A stretch of DNA of 64,000 nucleotides, taken from contig OZ024741.1 of assembly GCA_964016885.1 (NCBI GenBank), positions 408,208,001-408,272,000 on the forward strand, given 5' to 3'. The stretch comes from Eledone cirrhosa (taxonomy: Eukaryota). Under the pieces are notes generated by a model. It did no database searches. It was given only the letters and a program-made list of their open reading frames with translations, and was not told the DNA's origin. Shown here piece by piece: positions 27,001-40,380 of this stretch; the first letter of the stretch is position 1, and each line of letters starts with the position of its first letter. Position numbers and translations under genes: made by a program.

Positions 27001-30000
27001 TTAACAGGTTTGTTGGGTGGATGGCTGGGTAACTGGAAGGTTAGCAGGTTTGTTGGATGGATGGCTGGGTAACTGGAAGATTAACAGGTTTGTTGGGTGG
27101 ATGGCTGGGTTACTGGAAGGTTAGCAGGTTTGTTGGGTGGATGGCAGGGTAACTGGAAGGTTAGCAGGTTTGTTGGATGGATGGCTGGGTACTGAAAGGT
27201 TAGCAGGATTGTTGGGTAGATGGCTAGGTAACTGGAAGGTTAACAGGTTTGTTGGGTAGATGGCTAGGTAACTGGAAGGTTAGATGGTTTGTTGGGTGGA
27301 TGGCTGGGTAACTGGAAGGTTAGCAGGTTTGTTGGGTGGATGGCTGAGTAACTGGAAGGTTAGCAGTTTTGTTGGGTGGATGGCTGGGTATTTGGAAGAT
27401 TAGCAGGTTTGTTGGGTGGATTGCTGGGTAACTGGAAGATTAGCAGGTTTGTTGGGTGGATGGCTGGGTAACTGGGAGGTTAACAGGTCTGTTGGGTGGA
27501 TGGCTGAGTAACTGGAAGGTTAACAGGTTTGTTGGGTGGATGGCTGGGTAACTGGAAGCTTAACAGGTTTGTTGGGTGGATGGCTGGGTAACTGGAAGGT
27601 TAATAGGTTTGTTGGCTGGATGGCTGGGTAACTGGAAGGTTAGCAGGTTTGTTGGGTGGATGGCTGGGTACCGGATGGTTAACAGGTTTTTTGGGTGGAG
27701 GGCTGGGTAACTGGAAGGTTAGCAGATTTGTTGGGTGGATGCCTGGGTAACTGGAAGGTTAGCAGGATTGATGGGTGGATGGCTGAGTAACTGGAAGGTT
27801 AACAGGTTTGTTGGGTGGATGGCTGGGTAACTCGAAGATTAGCAGATTTGTTGTGTGGATGCCTGGGTAACTGGAAGGTTAGCAGGTTTGTTGGGTGGAT
27901 GGCTGGGTAACTGGAAAGTTAGCAGGTTTGTTGGATGGATGGCTGGGTATTGAAAGGTTAGCCGGTTTGTTGGGTAGATGGCTAGGTAACTGGAAGTTTA
28001 GCTGGTTTGTTGGGTGGATGGCTGGGTAACTGGAAGGTTAGCAGGTTTGTTGGTTGGATGGCTGGGTATTTGGAAGATTAGCAGGTTTGTTGGGTGGATG
28101 GCTGGGTACCTGGAAGATTAGCAGGTTTGTTGGGTGGATGGCTGAGTAACTGGAAGGTTAGCAGTTTTGTTGGGTGGATGGCTGGGTATTTGGAAGATTA
28201 GCAGGTTTGTTGGGTGGATGGCTGGGTACCTGGAAGATTAGCAGGTTTGTTGGGTGGATGGCTGGGTAACTGGAAGTTTAACAGGTCTGTTGGGTGGATG
28301 GCTGAGGAACTGGAAGGTTAACAGGTATATTGGGTGGATGGCTGAGTAACTGGAATGTTAGCAGGTTTGTTGGGTGGATGGCTGAGTAACTGGTAGGTTA
28401 ACAGGTTTGTTTGGTGGGTGGCTGGGTAACTGGAAGATTAACAGGTTTGTTGGGTGGATGGCTGGGTAACTGGAAGGTTAACAGGTAGGTTGGGTGGATG
28501 GCAGGGTAACTGGAAGGTTAACAGGTTTGTTGGGTGGATGGCTGGGTAACTGGAAGGTTAACAGGTTTGTTGGGTGGATGGCTGAGTAACTGGAAGGTTA
28601 GCAGGTTTGTTGGGTGGATGGCTGAGTAACTGGAAGGTTAACAGTTTTGTTGGGTGGATGGCTGAGTAACTGGAAGGTTAACAGTTTTGTTGGGTGGATG
28701 GCTGAGTCACTGGTAGGTTAACAGGTTTGTTTGGTGGGTGGCTGGTTACCTGGAAGATTAACAGGTTTGTTGGGTGGATGGCTGGGTAACTGGAAGGTTA
28801 ACAGGTAAGTTGGGTGGAATGCTGGGTAACTGGAAGGTTAACAGGTTTGTTGGGTGGATGGCTGGTTAACTGGAAGGTTAATAGGTTTGTTGGGTGGATG
28901 GCTGAGTAACTGGAAGATTAATAGGTTTGTTGGGTGGATGGCTGAGTAACTGGAAGGTTAATAGGTTTGTTGGGTGGATGGCTGAGTAACTGGCAGGTTA
29001 ATAGATTTGTTGGGTGGATGGCTGGGTAACTGGAAGGTTAGCAGTTTTGTTGGGTGGATGGCTGGGTACTGAAAGGTTAGCAGGATTATTGGGTAGATGG
29101 CTAGGTAACTGGAAGGTTAGATGGTTTGTTGGGTGGATGGCTGGGTAACTGGAAGGTTAGCAGGTTTGTTGGGTGGATGGCTGAGTAACTGGAAGGTTAG
29201 CAGTTTTGTTGGGTGGATGGCTGGGTATTTGGAAGATTAGCAGGTTTGTTGGGTGGATTGCTGGGTAACTGGAAGATTAGCAGGTTTGTTGGGTGGATGG
29301 CTGGGTAACTGGGAGGTTAACAGGTCTGTTGGGTGGATGGCTGAGTAACTGGAAGGTTAACAGGTTTGTTGGGTGGATGGCTGGGTAACTGGAAGCTTAA
29401 CAGGTTTGTTGGGTGGATGGCTGGGTAACTGGAAGGTTAATAGGTTTGTTGGGTGGATGGCTGGGTAACTGGAAGGTCAGCAGGTTTGTTGGGTGGACGG
29501 CTGGGTACCGGATGGTTAACAGGTTTTTTGGGTGGAGGGCTGGGTAACTGGAAGGTTAGCAGATTTGTTGGGTGGATGCCTGGGTACTTGGAAGTTTAGC
29601 AGGTTTGTTGGGTGCATGGCTGGGTTACTGGAAGGTTAGCAGGTTTGTTGGGTGGATGGCTGGGTAACTGGAAGTTTAACAGGTCTGTTGGGTGGATGGC
29701 AGAGTAACTGGAAGGTTAACAGGTTTGTTGGGTGGATGGCTGAGTAACTGGTAGGTTAGCAGGTTTGTTGGGTGGATGGCTGGGTAACTGGAAGGTTAAT
29801 AGGTTTGTTGGCTGGATGGCTGGGTAACTGGAAGGTTAGCAGGTTTGTTGGGTGGATGGCTGGGTACCGGATGGTTAACAGGTTTTTTGGGTGGAGGGCT
29901 GGGTAACTGGAAGGTTAGCAGATTTGTTGGGTGGATGCCTGGGTAACTGGAAGGTTAGCAGGATTGATGGGTGGATGGCTGAGTAACTGGAAGGTTAACA

Positions 30001-33000
30001 GGTTTGTTGGGTGGATGGCTGGGTAACTCGAAGATTAGCAGATTTGTTGTGTGGATGCCTGGGTAACTGGAAGGTTAGCAGGTTTGTTGGGTGGATGGCA
30101 GAGTAACTGGAAGGTTAACAGGTTTGTTGGGTGGATGGCTGAGTAACTGGTAGGTTAGCAGGTTTGTTGGGTGGATGGCTGAGTAACTGGTAGGTTAACA
30201 GGTTTGTTTGGTGGGTGGCTGGTTAACTGGAAGATTAACAGGTTTGTTGGGTGGATGGCTGGGTAACTGGAAGGTTAACAGTTAAGTTGGGTGGAATGCT
30301 GGGTAACTGGAAGGTTAACAGGTTTGTTGGGTGGATGGCTGGGTAACTGGAAGGTTTACAGGTTTGTTGGGTGGATGGCTGGTTAACTGGAAGGTTAATA
30401 GGTTTGTTGGGTGGATGGCTGAGTAACTGGAAGGTTAATAGGTTTGTTGGGTGGATGGCTGAGTAACTGGAAGGTTAATAGGTTTGTTGGGTGAATGGCT
30501 GGGTAACTGGAAGGTTAACAGTTTTGTTGGGTGGATTCATGGGTAACTGGAAGGTTAGCAGGATTGATGGGTGGATGGCTGAGTAACTGGAAGGTTAACA
30601 GGTTTGTTGAGTGGATGGCTGGGTAACTGGAAGTTTAGCAGGTTTGTTGGGTGGATGGCTGAGTAACTGGAAGGTTAACAGGTTTGTTGGGTGGATGGCT
30701 GGGTAACTGGAAGGTTAGCAGGTTTGTTGGATGGATGGCTGGGTAACTGGAAGATTAACAGGTTTGTTGGGTGGATGGCTGGGTTACTGGAAGGTTAGCA
30801 GGTTTGTTGGGTGGATGGCAGGGTTACTGGAAGGTTAGCAGGTTTGTTGGATGGATGGCTGGGTACTGAAAGGTTAGCAGGATTGTTGGGTAGATGGCTA
30901 GGTAACTGGAAGGTTAACAGGTTTGTTGGGTAGATGGCTAGGTAACTGGAAGGTTAGATGGTTTGTTGGGTGGATGGCTGGGTAACTGGAAGGTTAGCAG
31001 GTTTGTTGGGTGGATGGCTGTGTAACTGGAAGGTTAGCAGTTTTGTTGGGTGGATGGCTGGGTATTTGGAAGATTAGCAGGTTTGTTGGGTGGATTGCTG
31101 GGTAACTGGAAGATTAGCAGGTTTGTTGGGTGGATGGCTGGGTAACTGGGAGGTTAACAGGTCTGTTGGGTGGATGGCTGAGTAACTGGAAGGTTAACAG
31201 GTTTGTTGGGTGGATGGCTGGGTAACTGGAAGCTTAACAGGTTTGTTGGGTGGATGGCTGGGTAACTGGAAGGTTAATAGGTTTGTTGGCTGGATGGCTG
31301 GGTAACTGGAAGGTTAGCAGGTTTGTTGGGTGCATGGCTGGGTACCGGATGGTTAACAGGTTTTTTGGGTGGAGGGCTGGGTAACTGGAAGGTTAGCAGA
31401 TTTGTTGGGTGGATGCCTGGGTACTTGGAAGTTTAGCAGGTTTGTTGGGTGCATGGCTGGGTTACTGGAAGGTTAGCAGGTTTGTTGGGTGGATGGCTGG
31501 GTAACTGGAAGTTTAACAGGTCTGTTGGGTGGATGGCAGAGTAACTGGAAGGTTAACAGGTATGTTGGGTGGATGGCTGAGTAACTGGAAGGTTAGCAGG
31601 TTTGTTGGGTGGATGGCTGAGTAACTGGTAGGTTAACAGGTTTGTTTGGTGGGTGGCTGGTTAACTGGAAGATTAACAGGTTTGTTGGGTGGATGGCTGG
31701 GTAACTGGAAGGTTAACAGTTAAGTTGGGTGGAATGCTGGTTAACTGGAAGGTTAACAGGTTTGTTGGGTGGATGGCTGGGTAACTGGAAGGTTTACAGG
31801 TTTGTTGGGTGGATGGCTGGTTAACTGGAAGGTTAATAGGTTTGTTGGGTGGATGGCTGAGTAACTGGAAGGTTAATAGGTTTGTTGGGTGGATGGCTGA
31901 GTAACTGGAAGGTTAATAGGTTTGTTGGGTGAATGGCTGGGTAACTGGAAGGTTAATAGGTTTGTTGGCTGGATGGCTGGGTAACTGGAAGGTTAGCAGG
32001 TTTGTTGGGTGGATGGCTGGGTACCGGATGGTTAACAGGTTTTTTGGGTGGAGGGCTGGGTAACTGGAAGGTTAGCAGATTTGTTGGGTGGATGCCTGGG
32101 TACTTGGAAGTTTAGCAGGTTTGTTGGGTGCATGGCTGGGTTACTGGAAGGTTAGCAGGTTTGTTGGGTGGATGGCTGGGTAACTGGAAGTTTAACAGGT
32201 CTGTTGGGTGGATGGCAGAGTAACTGGAAGGTTAACAGATATGTTGGGTGGATGGCTGAGTAACTGGAAGGTTAGCAGGTTTGTTGGGTGGATGGCTGAG
32301 TAACTGGTAGGTTAACAGGTTTGTTTGGTGGGTGGCTGGTTAACTGGAAGATTAACAGGTTTGTTGGGTGGATGGCTGGGTAACTGGAAGGTTAACAGTT
32401 AAGTTGGGTGGAATGCTGGTTAACTGGAAGGTTAACAGGTTTGTTGGGTGGATGGCTGGGTAACTGGAAGGTTTACAGGTTTGTTGGGTGGATGGCTGGT
32501 TAACTGGAAGGTTAATAGGTTTGTTGGGTGGATGGCTGAGTAACTGGAAGGTTAATAGGTTTGTTGGGTGGATGGCTGAGTAACTGGAAGGTTAATAGGT
32601 TTGTTGGGTGAATGGCTGGGTAACTGGAAGGTTAACAGTTTTGTTGGGTGGATTCATGGGTAACTGGAAGGTTAGCAGGATTGTTGGGTGGATGGCTGAG
32701 TAACTGGAAGGTTAACAGGTTTGTTGGGTGGATGGCTGGGTAACTCGAAGATTAGCAGGTTTGTTGAGTGGATGGCTGGGTAACAGGAAGTTTAGCAGGT
32801 TTGTTGGGTGGATGGCTGAGTAACTGGAAGGTTAACAGATTTGTTGGGTGGATGGCTGGGTAACTGGAAGGTTAGCAGGTTTGTTGGGTGGATGGCTGGG
32901 TAACTGGAAGATTAACAGGTTTGTTGGGTGGATGGCTGGGTAACTGGAAGGTTAACAGGTAAGTTGGGTGGATGGCTGGGTAACTGGAAGGTTAACAGTT

Positions 33001-36000
33001 TTGTTGGGTGGATGGCTGGGTAACTGGAAGGTTAATAGGTTTGTTGGCTGGATGGCTGAGTAACTGGAAGGTTAGCAGGTTTGTTGGGTGGATGGCTGGG
33101 TACCGGAAGGTTAACAGGTTTTTTGGGTGGAGGGCTGGGTAACTGGAAGTTTAGCAGATTTGTTGGGTGGATACCTGGGTAACTGGAAGTTTAGCAGGTT
33201 TGTCGGGGGCATGGCTGGGTTACTGGAAGGTTAGCAGGTTTGTTGGGTGGATGGCTGGGTAACTGGAAGGTTAGCAGGTTTGTTGGATGGATGGCTGGGT
33301 ACTGAAAGGTTAGCAGGATTGTTGGGTAGATGGCTAGGTAACTGGAAGGTTAGCTGGTTTGTTGGGTGGATGGCTGAGTAACTGGTAGGTTAACAGGTTT
33401 GTTTGGTGGGTGGCTGGGTAACTGGAAGATTAACAGGTTTGTTGGGTGGATAGCTGGGTAACTGGAAGGTTAACAGCTAAGTTGGGTGGATGGCTGGGTA
33501 ACTGGAAGGTTAACAGGTTTGTTGGGTGGATGTGGCTGGGTAACTGGAAGGTTAACAGGTTTGTTGGGTGGATGACTGAGTAACTGGAAGGTTAGCAGGT
33601 TTGTTGGGTGGATGGCTGAGTAACTGGAAGGTTAACAGGTTTGTTGGGTGGATGGCTGAGTAACCTAAAGGTTAACAGTTTTGTTGGGTGGATGGCTGAG
33701 TCACTGGTAGGTTAACAGGTTTGTTTGGTGGGTGGCTGGGTAACTGGAAGATTAACAGGTTTGTTGGGTGGATGGCTGGGTAACTGGAAGGTTAACAGGT
33801 AAGTTGGGTGGATGGCTGGGTAACTGGAAGGTTAACAGGTTTGTTGGGTGGATGGCTGTGTAACTGGAAGGTTAACAGGTTTGTTGGGTGGATGGCTGAG
33901 TAACTGGAAGTTTAGCAGGTTTGTTGGGTGGATGGCTGAGTAACTGGAGGGTTAACAGGTTTGTTGGGTGGATGGCTGAGTAACTGGAAGGTTAACAGGT
34001 TTGTAGGGTGGATGGCTGAGTAACTGGAAGGTTAACAGGTTTGTTGGGTGGATGGCTGGGTAACTGGGAGGATAGCAGGTTTGTTGGGTGGATGGCTGAG
34101 TAACTGGAATGTTAACAGTTTTGTTGGGTGGATTCCTGGGTAACTGGAAGGTTAGCAGGTTTGTTGGGTGGATGGCTGGGTAACTGGTAGATTAACAGGT
34201 TTGTTGGGTGGATGGCTGGGTAACTGGAAGGTTAACAGGTAAGTTGGGTGGATGGCTGGGTAACTGGAAGGTTAACAGCTTTGTTGGGTGGATGGCTGGG
34301 TACTGGAAGTTTAGCAGGTTTGTTGGGTGGATGGCTGAGTAACTGGAAGGTTAACAGATTTGTTGGGTGGATGGCTGAGTAACTGGAAGGCTAACAGGTT
34401 TGTTGGGTGGATGGCTGAGTAACTGGAAGGTTAACAGATTTGTTGGGTGGATGGCTGAGTAACTGGAAGATTAACAGGTTTGTTGGGTGGATGGCTGGGT
34501 AACTTGAAGGTTAACAGGTAAGTTGGGTGGAATGCTGGGTAACTGGAAGGTTAACAGGTTTGTTGGGTGGATGGCTGGGTAACTGAAAGGTTTACAGGTT
34601 TGTTGGGTGGATGGCTGGTTAACTGGAAGGTTAATAGGTTTGTTGGGTGGATGGCTGAGTAACTGGAAGGTTAATAGGTTTGTTGGGTGGATGGCTGAGT
34701 AACTGGAAGGTTAATAGGTTTGTTGGGTGGATGGCTGAGTAACTGGCAGGTTAATAGATTTGTTGGGTGGATGGCTGGGTAACTGGAAGGTTAGCAGTTT
34801 TGTTGGGTGGATGGCTCAGTAACTGGAAGGTTAACAGTTTTGTTGGGTGGATTCCTTGGTAACTGGAAGGTTAGCAGGTTTGTTGGGTGGATGGCTGAGT
34901 AACTGGAAGGTTAACTGGTTTGTTGGGTGGATGGCTGAGTAACTGGAAGGTTAATAGGTTTGTTGGGTGGATGGCTGAGTAACTGGAAGGTTAATAGGTT
35001 TGTTGGGTGGATGGCTGGGTAACTGGAAGGTTAGCAGGTTTGTTGGGTGGATGGATGGGTAACTGGAACTTAGCAGGTTTGTTGGGTGGATGGCTGAGTA
35101 ACTGGAAGGTTAACAGTTTTGTTGGGTGGTATCATGGGTAACTGGAAGATTAGCAGGATTGTTGGGTGGATGGCTGAGTAACTGGAAGGTTAACAGGTTT
35201 GTTGGGTGGATGGCTGGGTAACTCGAAGATTAGCAGTTTTGTTGAGTGGATGGCTGGGTAACTGGAAGTTTAGCAGTTTTGTTGGGTGGATGGCTGAGTA
35301 ACTGGAAGGTTAACAGATTTGTTGGGTGGATGGCTGAGTAACTGGAAGGTTAGCAGGTTTGTTGGGTGGATGGCTGGGTAACTGGAAGATTAACAGGTTT
35401 GTTGGGTGGATGGCTGGGTAACTGGAAGGTTAACAAGTAAGTTGGGTGGATGGCTGGGTAACTGGAAGTTTAACAGGTTTGTTGGGTGGATGACTGGGTA
35501 ACTGGAAGGTTAATAGGTTTGTTGGCTGGATGGCTGGGTAACTGGAAGGTTAGCAGGTTTGTTGGGTGGATGGCTGGGTACCGGAAGGTTAACAGGTTTT
35601 TTGGGTGGAGGGCTGGGTAACTGGAAGGTTAGCAGATTTGTTGGGTGGATACCTGGGTAACTGGAAGTTTAGCAGGTTTGTTGGGTGCATGGCTGGGTTA
35701 CTGGAAGGTTAGCAGGTTTGTTGGGTGGATGGCTGGGTAACTGGAAGGTTAGCAGGTTTGTTGGATGGATGGCTGGGTACTGAAAGGTTAGCAGGATTGT
35801 TGGGTAGATGGCTAGGTAACTGGAAGTTTAGCTAGGTTTGTTGGGTGGATGGCTGGGTAACTGGAAGATTAGCAGGTTTGTTGGGTGGATGGCTGAGTAA
35901 CTGGAAGGTTAGCAGTTTTGTTGGGTGGATGGCTGGGTATGTGGAAGATTAGCAGGTTTGTTGGGTGGATGGCTGGGTAACTGGAAGATTAGCAGGTTTG

Positions 36001-38890
36001 TTGGGTGGATGGTTGGGTAACTGGAAGGTTAACAGTTCTGTTGGGTGGATGGCTGAGTAACTGGAAGGTTAACAGGTTTGTTTGGTGGGTGACTGGGTAA
36101 CTGGAAGATTAACAGGTTTGTTGGGTGGATGGCTGGGTAACTGGAAGATTAACAGGTTTGTTGGGTGGATGGCTGGGTAACTGGAAGGTTAACAGGTAAG
36201 TTGGTTGGATGGCTGGGTAACTGGAAGATTAACAGGTTTGTTGGGTGGATGGCTGGGTAACTGGAAGGTTAATAGGTTTGTTGGCTGGATGGCTGGGTAA
36301 CTGGAAGGTTAGCAGGTTTGTTGGGTGGATGGCTGGGTACCGGAAGTTTAACAGGTTTTTTGGATGGAGGGCTGGGTAACTGGAAGGTTAGCAGATTTGT
36401 TGGATGGATGCCTGGGTAACTAGAAGTTTAGCATGTTTGTTGGGTGCATGGCTGGGTTACTGGAAGGTTAGCAGGTTTGTTGGGTGGATGGCTGGGTACT
36501 GAAAGGTTAGCCGGTTTGTTGGGTAGATGGCTAGGTAACTGGAAGGTTAGCTGGTTTGTTGGGTGGATGGCTGGGTAACTGGAAGGTTAGCAGGTTTTGT
36601 TGGGTGGGTGGCTGAGTAACTGTTAGGTTAGCAGTTTTGTTGGGTGGATGGCTGGCTATTTGGAAGAGTAGCAGGTTTGTTGGGTGGATGGCTGGGTACC
36701 TGGAAGTTTAGCAGGTTTGTTGGGTGGATGGCTGGGTAACTGGAAGTTTAACAGGTTTGTTGGGTGGATGGCTGAGTAACTGGAAGGTTAGCAGATTTGT
36801 TGGGTGGATGGCTGAGCAACTGGTAGGTTAACAGGTTTGTTTGGTGGGTGGCTGGGTAACTGGAAGATTAACAGTTTTGTTGGGTGGATGGCTGGGTAAC
36901 TGGAAGGTTAACAGGTAAGTTGGGTGGATGGCTGGGTAACTGGAAGGTTACAGGTTTGTTGGGTGGATGGCTGGGTAACTGGAAGGTTAACAGGTTTGTT
37001 GGGTGGATGGCTGAGTAACTGGAAGGTTAGCAGGTTTGTTGGGTGGATGGCTGAGTAACTGGAAGGTTAACAGGTTTGTTGGGTGGATGGCTGAGTAACT
37101 GGAAGGTTAACAGTTTTGTTGGGTGGATGGCTGAGTCACTGGTAGGTTAACAGGTTTGTTTGGTGGGTGGCTGGGTAACTGGAAGATTAACAGGTTTGTT
37201 GGGTGGATGGCTGGGTAACTGGAAGGTTACCAGGTTTGTTGGGTGGATGGCTGTGTAACTGGAAGGTTAACAGGTTTGTTGGGTGGATGGCTGAGTAACT
37301 GGAAGTTTAGCAGGTTTGTTGGTTGGATGGCTGAGTAACTGGAAGGTTAATAGGTTTGTTGGGTGGATGGCTGAGTAACTGGAAGGTTAACAGGTTTGTT
37401 GGGTGGATGGCTGAGTAACTGGAAGGTTAACAGGTTTGTTGGGTGGATGGCTGGGTAACTGGGAGGATAGCAGTTTGTTGGGTGGATGGCTGAGTAACTG
37501 GAAGGTTAACAGTTTTGTTGGGTGGATTCCTGGGTAACTGGAAGGTTAGCAGGTTTGTTGGGTGGATGGCTGGGTAACTGGAAGATTAACAGGTTTGTTG
37601 GGTGGATGGCTGGGTAACTGGAAGGTTAACAGGTAAGTTGGGTGGATGGCTGTGTAACTGGAAGGTTAACAGCTTTGTTGGGTGGATTCATGGGTAACTG
37701 GAAGTTTAGCAGGTTTGTTGGGTGGATGGCTGAGTAACTGGAAGGTTAACAGATTTGTTGGGTGGATGGCTGAGTAACTGGAAGTTTAGCAGGTTTGTTG
37801 GGTGGATGGCTGAGTAACTGGAAGGTTAACAGGTTTGTTGGGTGGATGGCTGAGTAACTGGAAGGTTAGCAGGTTTGTTGGGTGGATGGCTGGGTAACTG
37901 GAAGGTTAGCAGGTTTGTTGGGTGGATGGCTGGGTAACTGGAAGGTTAGCAGGTTTGTTGGGTGGATGGCTGGGTAACTGGAAGGATAGCAGGTGTGTTG
38001 GGTGGATGGCTGGGTTACTGGAAGGTTAGCAGGTTTGTTGGGTGTATGGCTGGATAACTGGAAGGATAGCAGGTTTGTTGGGTGGATGGCTGGGTAACTG
38101 GAAGGATGGCAGGCTTGTTGAGTGGATGGCTGGGCAACTGGAAGGATAGCATGTTTGTTGGGTGGATGGCTGAGTAACTGGAACTTAGCAGGTTTGTTGG
38201 GTGGATGGCTGAGTAACTGGAACTTAGCGGGTTTGTTGGGTGGATGGCTGGGTAACTGGAAGGTTAACAGGTTTGTTGGGTGGATGGCTGAGTAACTGGA
38301 AGGTTAACAGGTTTGTTGGGTGGATGGATGGCTATCTGGAAGGTTAACAGTTTTGTTGGGTCGATGGCTGGGTAACTGGAAGGTTAATAGTTTTGTTGGC
38401 TGGATGGCTGAGTTACTGGAAGGTTAGCAGGTTTCTTGGGTGGATGGCTGGGTACCGGAAGGTTAACAGGTTTTTTGGGTGGATGGCTGGATAACCGGAA
38501 GGTTAGCAGGTTTGTTGGATGGATGGCTGGGTACTGAAAGGTTAGCAGGTTTGTTGGGTATATGGCTAGGTAACTGGAAGGTTAGCTGGTTTGTTGGGTG
38601 GATGGCTGGGTAACTGGAAGGTTAGCAGGTTTGTTGCGTGGCTGGGTAACTGGAAGGTTAGCTGGTTAATTGGCTGGGTGGATAACTTGAGGTGCTGGCT
38701 GGTTTGTTGGCTGAATGGATGGGTAACTGGAAGGTTAGCTGATTTGTTGGCTGGATGGTTGGGTAACTGGAAGGTTAGCTGGTTTATTAAGTGGATGGTT
38801 GGGTAACTGGAAGGTTAGCTGGTTTATTGGGTGGATGTATGGATGTCTGGATTATGGATGGCAGGATGGCTGGTTTCTTGGCTGGATGGC
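1..38890. repeat. 40-bp tandem satellite, consensus GGTTA(A/G)CAGGTTTGTTGGGTGGATGGCTG(G/A)GTAACTGGAA, roughly 970 monomers, running off the left edge
   Basis: Continuous 40-nt periodicity with point variants and occasional 1-nt deletions; decays into GGAT/GGCT-like sequence at ~38640-38900; stop codons recur on both strands. Confidence 0.98.
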
Positions 38891-39620
38891 TGATAGGATG
38901 GATTCCAGGCTACATTGTAGTCTAGATGGCAGTATTGTTAGCTTCCTTGCATAATTAGTTAAAGTACCGCAGCGGTAATCTCGTGTAGAATTCTACGCAG
39001 AATGACGAAACAAATGTTACTATTTATGCCTAACATGTGTAACGTTGTCAGGACAACAGATATTAACTTCGATGTGGCTAATTAAGGCAAAGTCGGTATT
39101 GTATGTTAGATGAGTCATGGTGATACCAATAAATTCCCTTGCCGATGTTTACTTTGTTTATTTTGAATATATAAGCGATCATTACTAAAGCAACATGCAA
39201 TAATTCAAAAAGTCACAATATTGAAGAAACGGAGATATTTATGGACACGAGAGATATCAATACATTTTTCTAGCTTAATCCGGCTCTATTTTATAAAACA
39301 GATTTCCTATTAAATTTAATTACTAGTTTTATCATTAAATATTATTTTCCAAATGCGTGTAATTTGGTATGTGTAATTATAATCTAATGATTTTGTAATA
39401 AAGCGATAAATTATGACATATTCTGACACGCCAGATTTTGTGTAGATGAGGGGCGAATTGTCGACCGAAAAGACCCAATCAATAATATCTGGATTTAAGG
39501 TATTTATGGAGTTGGCAGTGATGAGATCAAGCCCTTCTCTGACCATAGCCTTATTTGTTGCTATTAGGCGAGACAACAATCACAACTTTACACCAACAGT
39601 CTGTTTCCTAGCAAAGTTTG

Positions 39621-40305
39621 TACGAGGGTCGGCTGAATCGTTCATAGGCTGACTATAGAGATGATGATAGTGCTGTGAAATCTTACATGCATTAATTTCA
39701 ACACTTATTAATAATTATTTCTACATTTGACACAAGGCCAGCAATTAGCCCAGTGCATTGCTGGTACTTTATTTTATCGACCCCGTAAGGATGAAAGGTA
39801 AAGTTAAGCTCGGCGGGATTTGAACTCAGACTATAAAGGGGCGTAACTCTATGCTGCAAAGCATGGCGTCCGGCACTCTACCGATACTGCCAATCCACCG
39901 CACTTATTAATAATAGCAATATTTCTTTCCAGAGACGATGTTGAAAATATACCTCATTTGATCATTCCATCAGAGTATATTGGTCAGCATATGAAGGAGT
40001 GATGTTAGGGCTGTGAAATCTACATGCATTAATTTCAACTCTTCTTATTCTTATTAAAAACTGCATTGTTTCTTTCTAGGGACGATATTGAAAAATAAAC
40101 CTTATTTGGTCATTCCATGAGAATAGCTTGGCCATTCTATGAATGAGTGATGTTAGAGCTGTGAAATCTTGAATGCATTAATTTCAACTCTTCTTATCAA
40201 TAACTGAATTGTTTTTTTCTAGGGACTATTATAAAAAATATACCTCATTTGTTCATTCCATGAGAGTATCTTGGTCAGCCTATGAACTTCTCAGTCGATC
40301 TCGTA
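39621..40305 (+). mobile_element. Non-autonomous Tc1/mariner-type MITE with ~3 internal ~140-148-bp tandem units, interrupted by a SINE
   Basis: Ends TACGAGGGTCGGCTGAATCGTTCATAGGCTGAC and GTCAGCCTATGAACTTCTCAGTCGATCTCGTA are imperfect ~32-bp inverted repeats bounded by TA; internal CTGTGAAATC recurs at 39673, 40011, 40159. Confidence 0.8.
39716..39900 (-). mobile_element. tRNA-derived SINE with a Meta/MESC-like central domain
   Basis: Minus strand: A-box-like TGGCAGTATCGG, B-box GTTCAAATCCC, core CTTTCATCCTTACGGGGTCGATAAAATAAAGTACCAG; flanked by direct repeat CACTTATTAATAAT (39702-39715, 39901-39914); second copy at ~63.8 kb. Confidence 0.88.
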
Positions 40306-40380
40306 CAACACACTAGAAACACATTTCAGTAATATTTGTTTCTCTGTATCATTCTTCTTATGTCAAGAAATCCTAAGGTT

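Noticed and set aside
1-38890. Repetitive protein-coding exon or telomeric repeat
   Set aside because: The unit is not a multiple of 3 and TAA/TAG stops recur on both strands; GGTTAG appears only singly, never as tandem TTAGGG. ORF 38591-38806 is a chance product
39316-39652. Overlapping 87-aa and 68-aa ORFs between the satellites
   Set aside because: No recognisable domain; short and AT-rich, and one runs into the MITE end
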